Shown here: positions 1 through 9,118 of the stretch, in pieces
Numbering within the stretch: position 1 is the first letter of the stretch
Layout: each line of letters opens with the position of its first letter
Assembly: GCA_045645565.1 (NCBI GenBank)
Contig: JAZRJB010000045.1
Location: 11,090-75,089 of the forward strand
Origin: Akkermansia sp.
Lineage (GTDB): Bacteria; Verrucomicrobiota; Verrucomicrobiia; Verrucomicrobiales; Akkermansiaceae
DNA: 64,000 nucleotides
Reading direction: 5' to 3'
Position numbers and translations under genes: made by a program
Notes under the pieces: generated by a model
Database searches by the model: none
What the model was told of the DNA's origin: nothing
What the model saw: only the letters and a program-made list of their open reading frames with translations

Positions 1-243
1 GAAACGCGCAGACGCCCGCTTTTCCTGATTGATTTATCAGTGCCGCGCAATGTTGACCCTGCATGTGCGCTGGTGGATGATGTGCATGTCTATGATATGG
101 ATGCCATGGAGCAGGTAACTGCTGAAACCAGGCGGACCCGCAGCCGTGAGATTGCGGCATGTGAGACCATTATCCGGGAATGGATGGAGGAGTGTGCCAA
201 TTCATTGCTCCATAGACGAAAATATGAGGTGAAACGCGTCTGA
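1..243 (+). CDS. hemA: Glutamyl-tRNA reductase, C-terminal part (5' end outside the window)
   Basis: Frame 1 from base 1 reads ETRRRPLFLIDLSVPRNVDP...VHVYDMDAM, the HemA 'DLxVPRxxDP' motif. hemC lies elsewhere in the window. Confidence 0.85.
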   Translation, partial: ETRRRPLFLIDLSVPRNVDPACALVDDVHVYDMDAMEQVTAETRRTRSREIAACETIIREWMEECANSLLHRRKYEVKRV

Positions 244-287
244 TGATATAAAATTCTGCTCAAAATGATGAAATTTTTTCCAAAAAT

Positions 288-315
288 TGAACGTATGGGA
301 AAAATCATCGTCTAA
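288..315 (+). promoter_or_regulatory. Candidate ECF-sigma promoter (TGAAC-N16-CGTC)
   Basis: TGAAC at 288-292, a 16-nt spacer, CGTCTAA at 309-315. This resembles the AAC/CGTC consensus of ECF promoters. Confidence 0.35.
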
Positions 316-345
316 ATGTTAATTCTCGAACCGTTTTTCTGCAAT

Positions 346-912
346 ATGGATAAGCCTGAATCGTCTTCCGTACCTGAATCTGAGGCGCAGCTGGTAGCGC
401 TTCTGGCAACACTGCGAGTCAAACCTACGGAAGAGGCTGATTTTGAATCCCGGTTTCTTTGCGAGTTTCATGAACGCGTAGCCCGGGAGGCCGTCTGCTG
501 CCCGGCACGCAGGCATCTGGTGGCGCATCTGCTTCAGATGATTGATAATCTGGGGCGTGGCAGGGTGGCATTTGGCGCCTCTGCACTTGGGCTTGGTGTG
601 GTGGCTCTGTGTTTTTCCGTGTTCCCGACCGGATCGGATACGACCGCTACTGTGGCAGTAGACCGCCATGCGTCTCCGCTTCACTTCCCGGCTCTTTCCA
701 ACGATCTGGATGCGTGTACTTCCATTCGTCTTGAAAGTAGTCGTTCCACTTTTGAAGCGGGCGGCATCACGGTTATCCGCAGCCCACGAGCAACCGTGAT
801 AGAGGTACCCGGCAGCGCAATGCCCGTGCGGTACGTGGATACTTCCGCCCCCCAATCCCGCCAGCCGAAACCTGTCCAGCTGCCGGCGAGTTCGGTGCGC
901 TATGCTTTTTAA
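346..912 (+). CDS. Hypothetical single-pass membrane protein, possibly anti-sigma-factor-like
   Basis: ORF 316..912 with likely ATG at 346. N-terminal helical segment (DFESRFLCEFHERV), one hydrophobic segment (VAFGASALGLGVVALCFSVF), low-complexity C-terminus. Confidence 0.6.
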   Translation: MDKPESSSVPESEAQLVALLATLRVKPTEEADFESRFLCEFHERVAREAVCCPARRHLVAHLLQMIDNLGRGRVAFGASALGLGVVALCFSVFPTGSDTTATVAVDRHASPLHFPALSNDLDACTSIRLESSRSTFEAGGITVIRSPRATVIEVPGSAMPVRYVDTSAPQSRQPKPVQLPASSVRYAF

Positions 913-970
913 GCAGTACAGCTCTTGCCCCTTTTTTTGATTTGAGTTCCGGGAGCAGTTGGATTCAGGC

Positions 971-999
971 TTGCATTCCTGGCAATGCTCTGGTATAAA
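971..999 (+). promoter_or_regulatory. Sigma70-type promoter
   Basis: TTGCAT-17nt-TATAAA, ending 10 nt before ATG 1010. Confidence 0.55.
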
Positions 1000-1009
1000 T
1001 GTCCTGCGT

Positions 1010-2542
1010 ATGGAAAAGGAATGCAGTAAGTGTTTACAGAAGTTTCACACAACGCATGAGGATGCGACTGTCTGCCCGTCTTGTCTGCGGAGCGAATTCA
1101 CAGTAAAAGCAACCGTGCTGGATGATAATGAACGTGCTGAACTGGCTGCAGAATACAAGGAATCAATCAAGCGCCAGTCTGCCCGTGCAGAGAGCTTTAA
1201 CGGGGTGTATGCCTCAGGCACGGCGTTCAGCGTGGCGGGCAAATTGCGTTTTGCCTTAGGGCTTGTGATATTCCTGGTGTGCTGTTTCCTGTTCCTGGTC
1301 AGTGACAGGGAGAATGGAATCAAGTTCCTGATAGATCTGGACATGGAGTCGCAGCGGTTGTTCTCCATGATTCTCTGCGTGGTGAGTGCTGTTCTGGTGG
1401 CATCATCCTCCGTTCGCTTTAAAGTTGCCGTGCGCCTTCTGGCTCTTGTGATTGCTGCGGTGGGTTGGTTCCTGCCGGACATGCTGGCCGCAGCCCTCCG
1501 GGCAAAGCAGGTCGCAACGGTTGCTCTTCCTGAGTCCGCGCCCGGAAAACCTGAGACCCCTGACAAGACTGGACCCTCCACTGAGCCTGTCATGACAGAA
1601 GAGGATTTGCAGGTGTTCTACACACTTCGCTCATCATCTCACCGCATTTCCCATTATGCCGTTTTCATGGATAACCAGGACAGCCGCGCCCGCGCTCTGG
1701 TCCGTGAGGCGCTGAACCGCCTGCTTGAGGCTGAATATACACGAGCCTACACGCGCGCCAACGGTGCATTGTATGTAATCGTCAATGCTCCTGGAGAACG
1801 CCGCAGCATCTCTGCCCTTCTTTCCCGATTCGGTACTGTGACCCACGCGGACATTTCCCGCGGTGTATATGAGGTTCGCTTTGATGCCGACCGTGCCAAC
1901 CTGGTAAGCCAGTATTCGCCGGATGTGCTGTCATCTCCTCTCAATAGTTCGTACGTGACGGCCAATCTCAGTGAGCTGCGATGCCTGGACCCGATGCGCG
2001 TGCGCATGTCAGCCCGTTCTCTTGCCGGTTCCAACGTGCGTGTTTTGCGCCGTGAGATTCGCGATACTCTTGTGGAGGTGCTGCAAGACCCCTGGACAAC
2101 GGAACCGGACACTTATTCCGCGTTAATTGATGCGCTTGTGACCTATTGCGGTACGCGCGATGCGGCAGCGACACAACTGTGTCTGAAGTATTTTGAAGCA
2201 CGGCGTGCGCTTCATCGGGATGCATCACCGGAAGTGACTATGTACCTCATCCGTGAAGTTCCGGATGCCATGGTGAACCCGATTCTTGATTTGTGGTGCG
2301 AAAACCCCATTGCCTGGACAGATATGCTCAACCAGCTCGGGTACCGCGTACAGGCTCCGCTTGTAGAGCGCTTGACCACCGCTACCAATATCCGCGTTAT
2401 CAGCACGATTCTCAAATATTTTGAAGAACGGGGTACGCCTGAAGCCTTGCCGGCAGTTGAGCCATTCCTTGAGCATTCAGATTCCATTATCCGCCATTCG
2501 GCTCGTACGGCACAAAGTGCGTTGCTGTCCCGCCAGAAATAA
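1010..2542 (+). CDS. Hypothetical membrane protein: N-terminal Zn-ribbon, 3 TM segments, C-terminal HEAT-like helices
   Basis: CSKC...CPSC Cys pairs, three hydrophobic stretches, and a HEAT/PBS-like end (GTPEALPAVEPFLEHSDSIIRHSARTA). Confidence 0.7.
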   Translation: MEKECSKCLQKFHTTHEDATVCPSCLRSEFTVKATVLDDNERAELAAEYKESIKRQSARAESFNGVYASGTAFSVAGKLRFALGLVIFLVCCFLFLVSDRENGIKFLIDLDMESQRLFSMILCVVSAVLVASSSVRFKVAVRLLALVIAAVGWFLPDMLAAALRAKQVATVALPESAPGKPETPDKTGPSTEPVMTEEDLQVFYTLRSSSHRISHYAVFMDNQDSRARALVREALNRLLEAEYTRAYTRANGALYVIVNAPGERRSISALLSRFGTVTHADISRGVYEVRFDADRANLVSQYSPDVLSSPLNSSYVTANLSELRCLDPMRVRMSARSLAGSNVRVLRREIRDTLVEVLQDPWTTEPDTYSALIDALVTYCGTRDAAATQLCLKYFEARRALHRDASPEVTMYLIREVPDAMVNPILDLWCENPIAWTDMLNQLGYRVQAPLVERLTTATNIRVISTILKYFEERGTPEALPAVEPFLEHSDSIIRHSARTAQSALLSRQK

Positions 2543-2566
2543 TCTTCATACCTTTTCCAGACTGAT

Positions 2567-5107
2567 ATGACAGCTCGCTTGATTAAACTTCTTACGGGGT
2601 CGTTCCTGTTTTTTTGTTTAGGTGTTGCCTTATTTCCGGTAATGTTCCCCACCAAGGTGGAGAAGAAGGTGGCTCATGTCGAAAAAGCTCCAACAATCAT
2701 CAAACGCCCTGTGGTTGATGACTGGAGCAACGATGAGGTTGTGGAGGATGACGATGCCTGGACTGAGGAACCAGAGGTAGTTGTTCCTGACCGGCGCGTC
2801 GTCCGCCAGGAAGATGAGAATTTCGATGAGGAAGATGTACCGCTGGATCCCAAGCAGAATGTGGTACCGGATTCCCGCGTGCATGCTGAATTTGTATCAG
2901 CCTTGGGCGAAATGCGGCGTTTTTCTGATAAGCTTGAGAAGCAGGAGCCTGACAACTACATAAATAAGGAATTCACAGCTGCCCAGTGGGCTGACCCTGA
3001 AAATGTGTATTTCACCCTTGCAGACCGCGTTCTTTCAAAATTAGGCAAGCTGGATGAGGCTACGGTTCTCCGCTTCCTGCAGGACCCGGCTAATCGTCTG
3101 GACTTGGCCCGCATCACGCTGATTCGTAAAGCAGGTTCCCAGGCAATTCGCACCGTTACGACCCGCCCGACGGGTAAGGAGATGCTGGCAAATCTTACCA
3201 GCGACTTGAACTGGATGACAAACCTGCTGCATTCTGGCCCCACCACGAACATGGAGCAGGCCTTGTGCTTCCTGGAGACGATATACAGTCAGGTTGGTGA
3301 AAAGGAACTGGCTGTGCCGGTGACTCGTCGAATCGCCACTACCACCGCGCTTGAATTTGCACGCGAGGGGTGGAAGGAGAATGAGATGTACGGCCGCTTC
3401 AAATATTACAACGACAGTTGGAAGGAAGGTAAGCTCAATTCCGTTTTTGACAACCTGCAATACTGGGAAACCCGTTTTGTGACAGGTTGCGTACAGCCGT
3501 CGGATGGAGCAGGAAGCTGGGGTGGTCCCCGTAACCTTCGCTGGCATCGTGACAATGTGCGTTTGCCCATGGAGCAATACCTCGGGGCTGAGGGGCAGCT
3601 GGCATACCGCCTCCGCAATGTGGCTGGTGACTCAGTGTTCTCCTCTGCATACCTGGCGCCCATCTGGAAGCATGTGAACTTCACAACAGGCTGGGCATAC
3701 CGTGAAATCGGCGGTGTTTGCGGCGCTCTTTCTCACTATGCCACGTATAGTGCGCTGGCTGCTGGGCTGCCTGCGGCAACCATGGGTGAGCCCGGTCACT
3801 GCGCTTATGCCATGCGCATTGGTGATGTGTGGCACAGAGGTAATTCCATTTACTGGCAGCACAGCTTGCACAAGACATTCTGGGGTGAGCGTGAATGGGG
3901 ATTCCTGATTCTGACCCAGAAGTTATACAGTGAGCGGTTCAAGACACTGGCTGCAGATTATCTGGTCTCCATGGCTGATTTCCTGACGGCCCGCCGCAAG
4001 ATGAAGGCCGCTTTCAATTGCTACGAGGTGGCAGTGAAGTACCAGCCTAATAACTGGCCGGCGCTGAAACGCTATTCTGCCTACCTTAAATTGAAGGCGC
4101 CGACAGACCGTGAAAAATGGATGACGCTGCATGATGCTGTGATGGATGGCATGGGCAAGGAACATTACCACGCCGCCGCCACGATGCAGGCTCGATATGT
4201 TTATCCGATGCTGGCTCCGCTTATTAAGGACCGCAACAAGCTGAATAAGCTTTATTCCGGATTGTTCAGCCACTTCAAGGACTGGGGCGCAAACCGCTGG
4301 GATATCACGCCGGTTCTGAATGCTCAGATTGAGACCTGCAAGACGAATGATGACCGCAAGGCTTATCTGAAGGAGGTGCTTCGCGTACTCATGAAACGCC
4401 CGGATTATGCTGGTGCTGTTCTGACATGGGGGCTTGGTTACATTGCCGGTCTGCCGGAGGGCGATGGCTCTGTTCAGGATGAGTTCACCAATATGCTTGT
4501 GCAGGCCATGAGCCGCACGGGTGCGTCCAGAAAGCAGGCGGATGAAACCTGGGCAACGCTGGGTGAAGCTATTCACGCTGCTGCCAAGAATAAGGACCGC
4601 CGCACCTTCCAGGCGATTGGTCGACTTGCCCAGCGCAAGTGCAAACACAAGTTCAACAAGAAGGGCCCGCGTTTCAAGGGTTTCTCTGGCCGGGTCGTTT
4701 CAACGACCGGGTGGATTGACACGGCAACGACGATTGGCGATATGTCAAACTGCTGCCTGCACTGGGGTGTGTTGCAGCGCACGGGTGGTACCATGCCCGG
4801 CAAGTTCGAAGGTAAGGCCGGTCTGACGGTCGGGCTGGAGAAGAAGTGCGACTTCACCGGTGTGGTCTGCGTGGCTGCCGAGACCCTGCAGAAGAAGGAC
4901 AGACCGTTCTATCTGGAAGTATCAGATGATGGTCAGAACTGGTATCGCGTCCGCCCGAATGGCGTTATCACAGATAATCAGATCCGCTTTGATTTGAAGA
5001 ACAGTGAGGCATCTGGTAAATACGTGCGCATGCTGCGTGAAGGTGATAAGTATGAGCCTGGTATTGCCGGGTTCTATGTGTACGGCAAGCCTCAGAAGGA
5101 TAGATAA
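2567..5107 (+). CDS. Membrane-anchored protein with transglutaminase-like Cys/His core and C-terminal discoidin (F5/8-C)-like domain
   Basis: N-terminal TM anchor and acidic linker; GGVCGALS...AAGLPA...PGHCAY; C-terminal FYLEVSDDGQNW...GKYVRM. Confidence 0.65.
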   Translation: MTARLIKLLTGSFLFFCLGVALFPVMFPTKVEKKVAHVEKAPTIIKRPVVDDWSNDEVVEDDDAWTEEPEVVVPDRRVVRQEDENFDEEDVPLDPKQNVVPDSRVHAEFVSALGEMRRFSDKLEKQEPDNYINKEFTAAQWADPENVYFTLADRVLSKLGKLDEATVLRFLQDPANRLDLARITLIRKAGSQAIRTVTTRPTGKEMLANLTSDLNWMTNLLHSGPTTNMEQALCFLETIYSQVGEKELAVPVTRRIATTTALEFAREGWKENEMYGRFKYYNDSWKEGKLNSVFDNLQYWETRFVTGCVQPSDGAGSWGGPRNLRWHRDNVRLPMEQYLGAEGQLAYRLRNVAGDSVFSSAYLAPIWKHVNFTTGWAYREIGGVCGALSHYATYSALAAGLPAATMGEPGHCAYAMRIGDVWHRGNSIYWQHSLHKTFWGEREWGFLILTQKLYSERFKTLAADYLVSMADFLTARRKMKAAFNCYEVAVKYQPNNWPALKRYSAYLKLKAPTDREKWMTLHDAVMDGMGKEHYHAAATMQARYVYPMLAPLIKDRNKLNKLYSGLFSHFKDWGANRWDITPVLNAQIETCKTNDDRKAYLKEVLRVLMKRPDYAGAVLTWGLGYIAGLPEGDGSVQDEFTNMLVQAMSRTGASRKQADETWATLGEAIHAAAKNKDRRTFQAIGRLAQRKCKHKFNKKGPRFKGFSGRVVSTTGWIDTATTIGDMSNCCLHWGVLQRTGGTMPGKFEGKAGLTVGLEKKCDFTGVVCVAAETLQKKDRPFYLEVSDDGQNWYRVRPNGVITDNQIRFDLKNSEASGKYVRMLREGDKYEPGIAGFYVYGKPQKDR

Positions 5108-5121
5108 AAAACGATACGGCT

Positions 5122-6213
5122 ATGATTAAGACATTTTTGAAATTGGTCGGAATTGCGATGCTGCTGTCTGTGCCAGCTCAAGCAGCAGTGGCTCGTACAT
5201 ATCCTGATGCTCTGGCTAAGGCTGGTAAGAATCCCATTGTGATTTTCATCTATGGTGCAAACTATGATAAGGTGAGCGAACGTACATACGAAGCGTTCAT
5301 CAAGAAGAACAAGATTGCCCCCTATGTGCGCCAGACCACCTTCCTGGAGATGCCCTTGTACCAGCAACCGAATGACAGGGAAAGGAAGGATATGGAAAAA
5401 CGCCTGGGTGGCAAGCGCCTGCCTGGTGGTATCTGGAGTTATCCCTGCCTGGCTGTGGTAGACTCTCAGGGCAATCTGCGCGGTGTGGTGCAGAGCCCGG
5501 ATGAAATGAAAGACCCGGAGAGCGCACTGGCTGCGTTGAAAATCCATGTGGATAATTTCTACAAGCAGGAGCGGATTCTCGAACGTGCGCGCAAGGCTAA
5601 GGGCGACCGCAAATCTGACCTGCTGCTTGAAGCCGCTGATATTGATTTGAATATGCCGCCGGATGCCATTGGCAAAGCTGGCGGAGAGGCTGAAGCTGCT
5701 ATGGGAAAACGCCTTGGCTTTGATCCGTTGAGCCTTGTGGAAGAACTGCAGACTATGGATTATGACCAGGCCAATGCGCATGTTCGCAAGCTGATGGCAC
5801 AGGGCGGGTATTCCAAGTTACAGCGCCAGATGATGATGGCTGCGTATGCTGGGCATCTGCGCCGCGGCGAGGAGGGGCGCACTCCGGCATCCAAGGAGTT
5901 ACTCAGGGCTCTCTATACTGAGATGCGCAACATTGACCCCAAATCCACATACGGCGCGTATGCTGAAGGGGCTCTTGTCATCTGGGTGGAAGGCGGAACC
6001 TTGACGGACCAGCCTATCCCCACTGAAATTAACCGGGTAGGTGGCAATGATGCGGGGAATGCAGGCTCTGGCTCTTCCTCTGGTTCCGGCTCCGGCTCTG
6101 GGTCTGGCTCTGGTTCCTCCGGGCAGACGGCCATGGGTGCGTCGTCCATCTCTGATGATGACGTGGGTTCCGTTGATTCGGACACGGATGATGATGATGG
6201 CGATGATTTCTAA
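5122..6213 (+). CDS. Secreted thioredoxin-fold-like protein lacking CxxC, with GS-rich and acidic tail
   Basis: Signal peptide (...PAQA); KNPIVIFIYGANYD and YPCLAVVD resemble Trx-fold strands; GSGSGS and DDDD tail. Confidence 0.6.
   Translation: MIKTFLKLVGIAMLLSVPAQAAVARTYPDALAKAGKNPIVIFIYGANYDKVSERTYEAFIKKNKIAPYVRQTTFLEMPLYQQPNDRERKDMEKRLGGKRLPGGIWSYPCLAVVDSQGNLRGVVQSPDEMKDPESALAALKIHVDNFYKQERILERARKAKGDRKSDLLLEAADIDLNMPPDAIGKAGGEAEAAMGKRLGFDPLSLVEELQTMDYDQANAHVRKLMAQGGYSKLQRQMMMAAYAGHLRRGEEGRTPASKELLRALYTEMRNIDPKSTYGAYAEGALVIWVEGGTLTDQPIPTEINRVGGNDAGNAGSGSSSGSGSGSGSGSGSSGQTAMGASSISDDDVGSVDSDTDDDDGDDF
6064..6123 (+). repeat. Gly-Ser coding low-complexity repeat (GGCTCT/GGTTCC units)
   Basis: Encodes GSGSSSGSGSGSGSGSGSSG. 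Confidence 0.8.
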
Positions 6214-6257
6214 TTGCCTGTGAGCGTGGCAACATACTGTAATGATACTTGATTTTC

Positions 6258-6296
6258 ATGACCGGTTGGTGGATTCTCCATCCGGTCATTTTTTTT
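6258..6296 (+). terminator. Rho-independent terminator
   Basis: ATGACCGG...CCGGTCAT stem followed by a T-run. Confidence 0.7.
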
Positions 6297-6510
6297 GTAA
6301 TATGACGGAAGTTCTGGTGTGTATATTGAGTGTGGCTCCGCTGGTTACCGGGGTGAGAATGACCGCATCCGGACCAGTAGCGGGGGCAGTATCCGGTACC
6401 CGGCTTCTTTTTATGAGTTTTTTACGGAGACGGGCCTATAATGACTCCAACTGAGCATTTGCCGCTTGCTATAATTCAGAGTTTCTGATAAAGTTTTCAT
6501 TAGCACAGGC

Positions 6511-9111
6511 ATGGAAGACCTTGACGAATACCAGAACAAGCGAAAAGCTGCTGCTGACCGCCGCCGCCGCTGGCGGGCGGCTAAGGAGAATGTCGTTATT
6601 AACCGGGCTCCCGTCAGTTGGTGGAAGCGTTTTCTGCTGCGTTTTTGTATCGTGGCAGGCGTGACAGTCTTGTCCTTTTCCGCCCTTGGGTATTTTCTGT
6701 TCACATCGATAACGACCAAGTATCAGAAATGGGCGGAGGAGTTTAATCTTGCGGATATTAACAATCTGGACCATCCCAGTATCATCTATGACCGCCATGG
6801 TGAGGAAATAGGGCGTATCTATGACGAAAACCGCAGTTATGTTCCCCTGAGTAAGGTTTCCAAAGCCATGATAGACGCCCTGATTGCCCAGGAGGATAAG
6901 AACTTCAGGACGCATAAGGGGTTCGACCCGTACGGCATTATCCGCGCGGCCAAGGAAGCAGCGCTGGCTGGTGGTAATGCCAATCAGGGTGCATCCACCA
7001 TTACGCAGCAGCTGGCGCGTAATGCCTATGACCTGGAGCAGCGCACGATGGCTCGTGGCGGCAGCCGTTATGAACGCAAGGTGGTGGAAATCTTCCTTGC
7101 CATGCGCATTGAGAAAACGTACGACAAAAACTCAATTCTGGAATTTTACATAAACCGCGTTTACTTCGGTCGTGGCTTTTATGGTATCCGGGCGGCTTCT
7201 CTGGGGTACTTTGGCAAAGAACCGGCAGATTTGACCGTTACGGAGGCCGCCAGTATTGCGGCACTCATCAAGAATCCGGAAAATTACAACCCGATTAAGA
7301 ACAAGGAACTCAATTTCCGCTGGCGCAACGACGTAATTGACCGTATGGAACGCGCAGGTCTTCTCACGAAGGGAGAGGCGGCCCGCCAGAAGGAGCTTCC
7401 CCTGGTTCTGAATCCCAGGCCGCTTAAGCGCAATACATCGTTCCTGCATGCCCTTGTGCAGAAACAGGCCATCGGCGCATTCCATAATCCAGAACGAGGT
7501 GCAGAAGTGCTGCGGAGCAGGGGAGTGAAGATATACACGACAATTGACAAGAAGATACAGGATGCGGCAGAGGCTGCACTGCGCGCTCAATTGGAAAAAA
7601 TTGAAGCCAATCCGGACTACTCCCATGTGCGATTCAACGAAACGGGGGACCCACGTTGCGCCCAGCACCGGTATGTAGACGGTGCCGTTCTCGTTGTGGA
7701 AAATACCACGGGCGCTATTCTGGCGTATGTGGGTGGTCGCAGTTTTGACCGGGATAACTTTGATATCATTGAAAGCGGGCGCCGCTCCGTGGGAACAGCC
7801 ATGCTGCCGTTCCTCTACATGTGCGCGCTGGAAAATGGATACAGCCCGTGTTCCCGCCTTATTGACGATGCGCTGGATAACCGACTCGTTGGTATCGGCG
7901 GTACGGAAGGTATTCTCGGTGAATGGGGCATGGAGAAGCACGAAGGCAGGTACCAGGGGAGTGTTACCTTGCGTGAGAGCCTGAGTGAGTCCAAGATTGC
8001 CGCATCTGCGCGCCTGGGCATAGCCCTGGGTTCCCACCCGGCGAAAGGAGCTCGTTGTTTCCAGGATACGCTCAGGGCGGTAGGTATTACGCCCCCGCTT
8101 CGCAACCCGAGCAGCACCGAGCTGAAACCTCAGTATTATCCGCGTGTGTATCTGGGTACTGAACCTGTGTCCCTCAAGGAATTGACATGGGCATATACCG
8201 TGTTCCCCAATGCCGGTAAGCGAACTCAGCAGCTCTTTGTTGTTACCCGCATAGCGGATAGCAACGGAAATACCATTTCTGAAAATCCCTGCGCTGTTTC
8301 CAATCCCATGAAGCAATGCGTGACTCCGTGTACTGCGTTCCGTCTGCATAGCATTATGCGGGATTCGATATCTGCTGATGCTGCACAGCGGCTCCGCCTG
8401 CCTGAATCATTTGGGGGCGCGGTGAAGAGTGGTACTAATTACGATTTTTCGGATAATGCCATTTTCGGATACAACAGCAGCCTGACCTGCGGTGTCTGGA
8501 TGGGCTATTTGAATGACCACCAGGCGATTTACCCGGAGGCATTCGGCTCTGATACCTGCGGACCGGTGCTGAGCGCAGTGCTGGAATCTGCCAAGGGGCA
8601 GTATGAGGATAAGGATATCCCCATGCCCGCAGATACGGAAGAAGTGGAGATTTGCCGGACCTCCGGGCAGATTGCGACCAATTTCTGCTTCGAATCAAAA
8701 ATGGAGGACGGAAATCCTGGGTATGAGCGTTCCACATACCGGGAGTACATACCCAAGGGGGATGTTGCAATTGCCCAGTGTACGGTGCATGGGGATGGTT
8801 CTCCCTCTCTCACGGATTTCATGGAAGCGCATCCGGGAACGATGAATTCCTCCCGCATTCTGCCGATTGTACCCGTGTTGCCCCTCAGTTCTGCCCTTAT
8901 TGGTAAGGACCCGTATGATTGCGATCTGGTCCTGAACCCGCGCTATAAGGATGCCAGCGAATTGTCGGATCCGGCATCCATGGCAGAAGAGGTAATAGGG
9001 CCGGCGGATGATGAACCGGAGGAGGTGGATTCTCCCGCAGTAGAAACGGATTTGCAGATGCAGGCACCGCGCCCCCTTCGTCATTTGCCCCTCGTACCTT
9101 TACAAGTATAA
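6511..9111 (+). CDS. Class A penicillin-binding protein (PBP1A-like): intact glycosyltransferase, degenerate transpeptidase
   Basis: GT51 motifs EDKNFRTHKG, GASTITQQLARN, RKVVE. The TP SxxK position reads RRSVGTAMLPF; KSGT is retained. Confidence 0.85.
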   Translation: MEDLDEYQNKRKAAADRRRRWRAAKENVVINRAPVSWWKRFLLRFCIVAGVTVLSFSALGYFLFTSITTKYQKWAEEFNLADINNLDHPSIIYDRHGEEIGRIYDENRSYVPLSKVSKAMIDALIAQEDKNFRTHKGFDPYGIIRAAKEAALAGGNANQGASTITQQLARNAYDLEQRTMARGGSRYERKVVEIFLAMRIEKTYDKNSILEFYINRVYFGRGFYGIRAASLGYFGKEPADLTVTEAASIAALIKNPENYNPIKNKELNFRWRNDVIDRMERAGLLTKGEAARQKELPLVLNPRPLKRNTSFLHALVQKQAIGAFHNPERGAEVLRSRGVKIYTTIDKKIQDAAEAALRAQLEKIEANPDYSHVRFNETGDPRCAQHRYVDGAVLVVENTTGAILAYVGGRSFDRDNFDIIESGRRSVGTAMLPFLYMCALENGYSPCSRLIDDALDNRLVGIGGTEGILGEWGMEKHEGRYQGSVTLRESLSESKIAASARLGIALGSHPAKGARCFQDTLRAVGITPPLRNPSSTELKPQYYPRVYLGTEPVSLKELTWAYTVFPNAGKRTQQLFVVTRIADSNGNTISENPCAVSNPMKQCVTPCTAFRLHSIMRDSISADAAQRLRLPESFGGAVKSGTNYDFSDNAIFGYNSSLTCGVWMGYLNDHQAIYPEAFGSDTCGPVLSAVLESAKGQYEDKDIPMPADTEEVEICRTSGQIATNFCFESKMEDGNPGYERSTYREYIPKGDVAIAQCTVHGDGSPSLTDFMEAHPGTMNSSRILPIVPVLPLSSALIGKDPYDCDLVLNPRYKDASELSDPASMAEEVIGPADDEPEEVDSPAVETDLQMQAPRPLRHLPLVPLQV

Positions 9112-9118
9112 TCGCATT

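Noticed and set aside
6333-6410. Possible tRNA or tRNA remnant
   Set aside because: No T-loop GTTCRA, no consistent cloverleaf, no CCA end.
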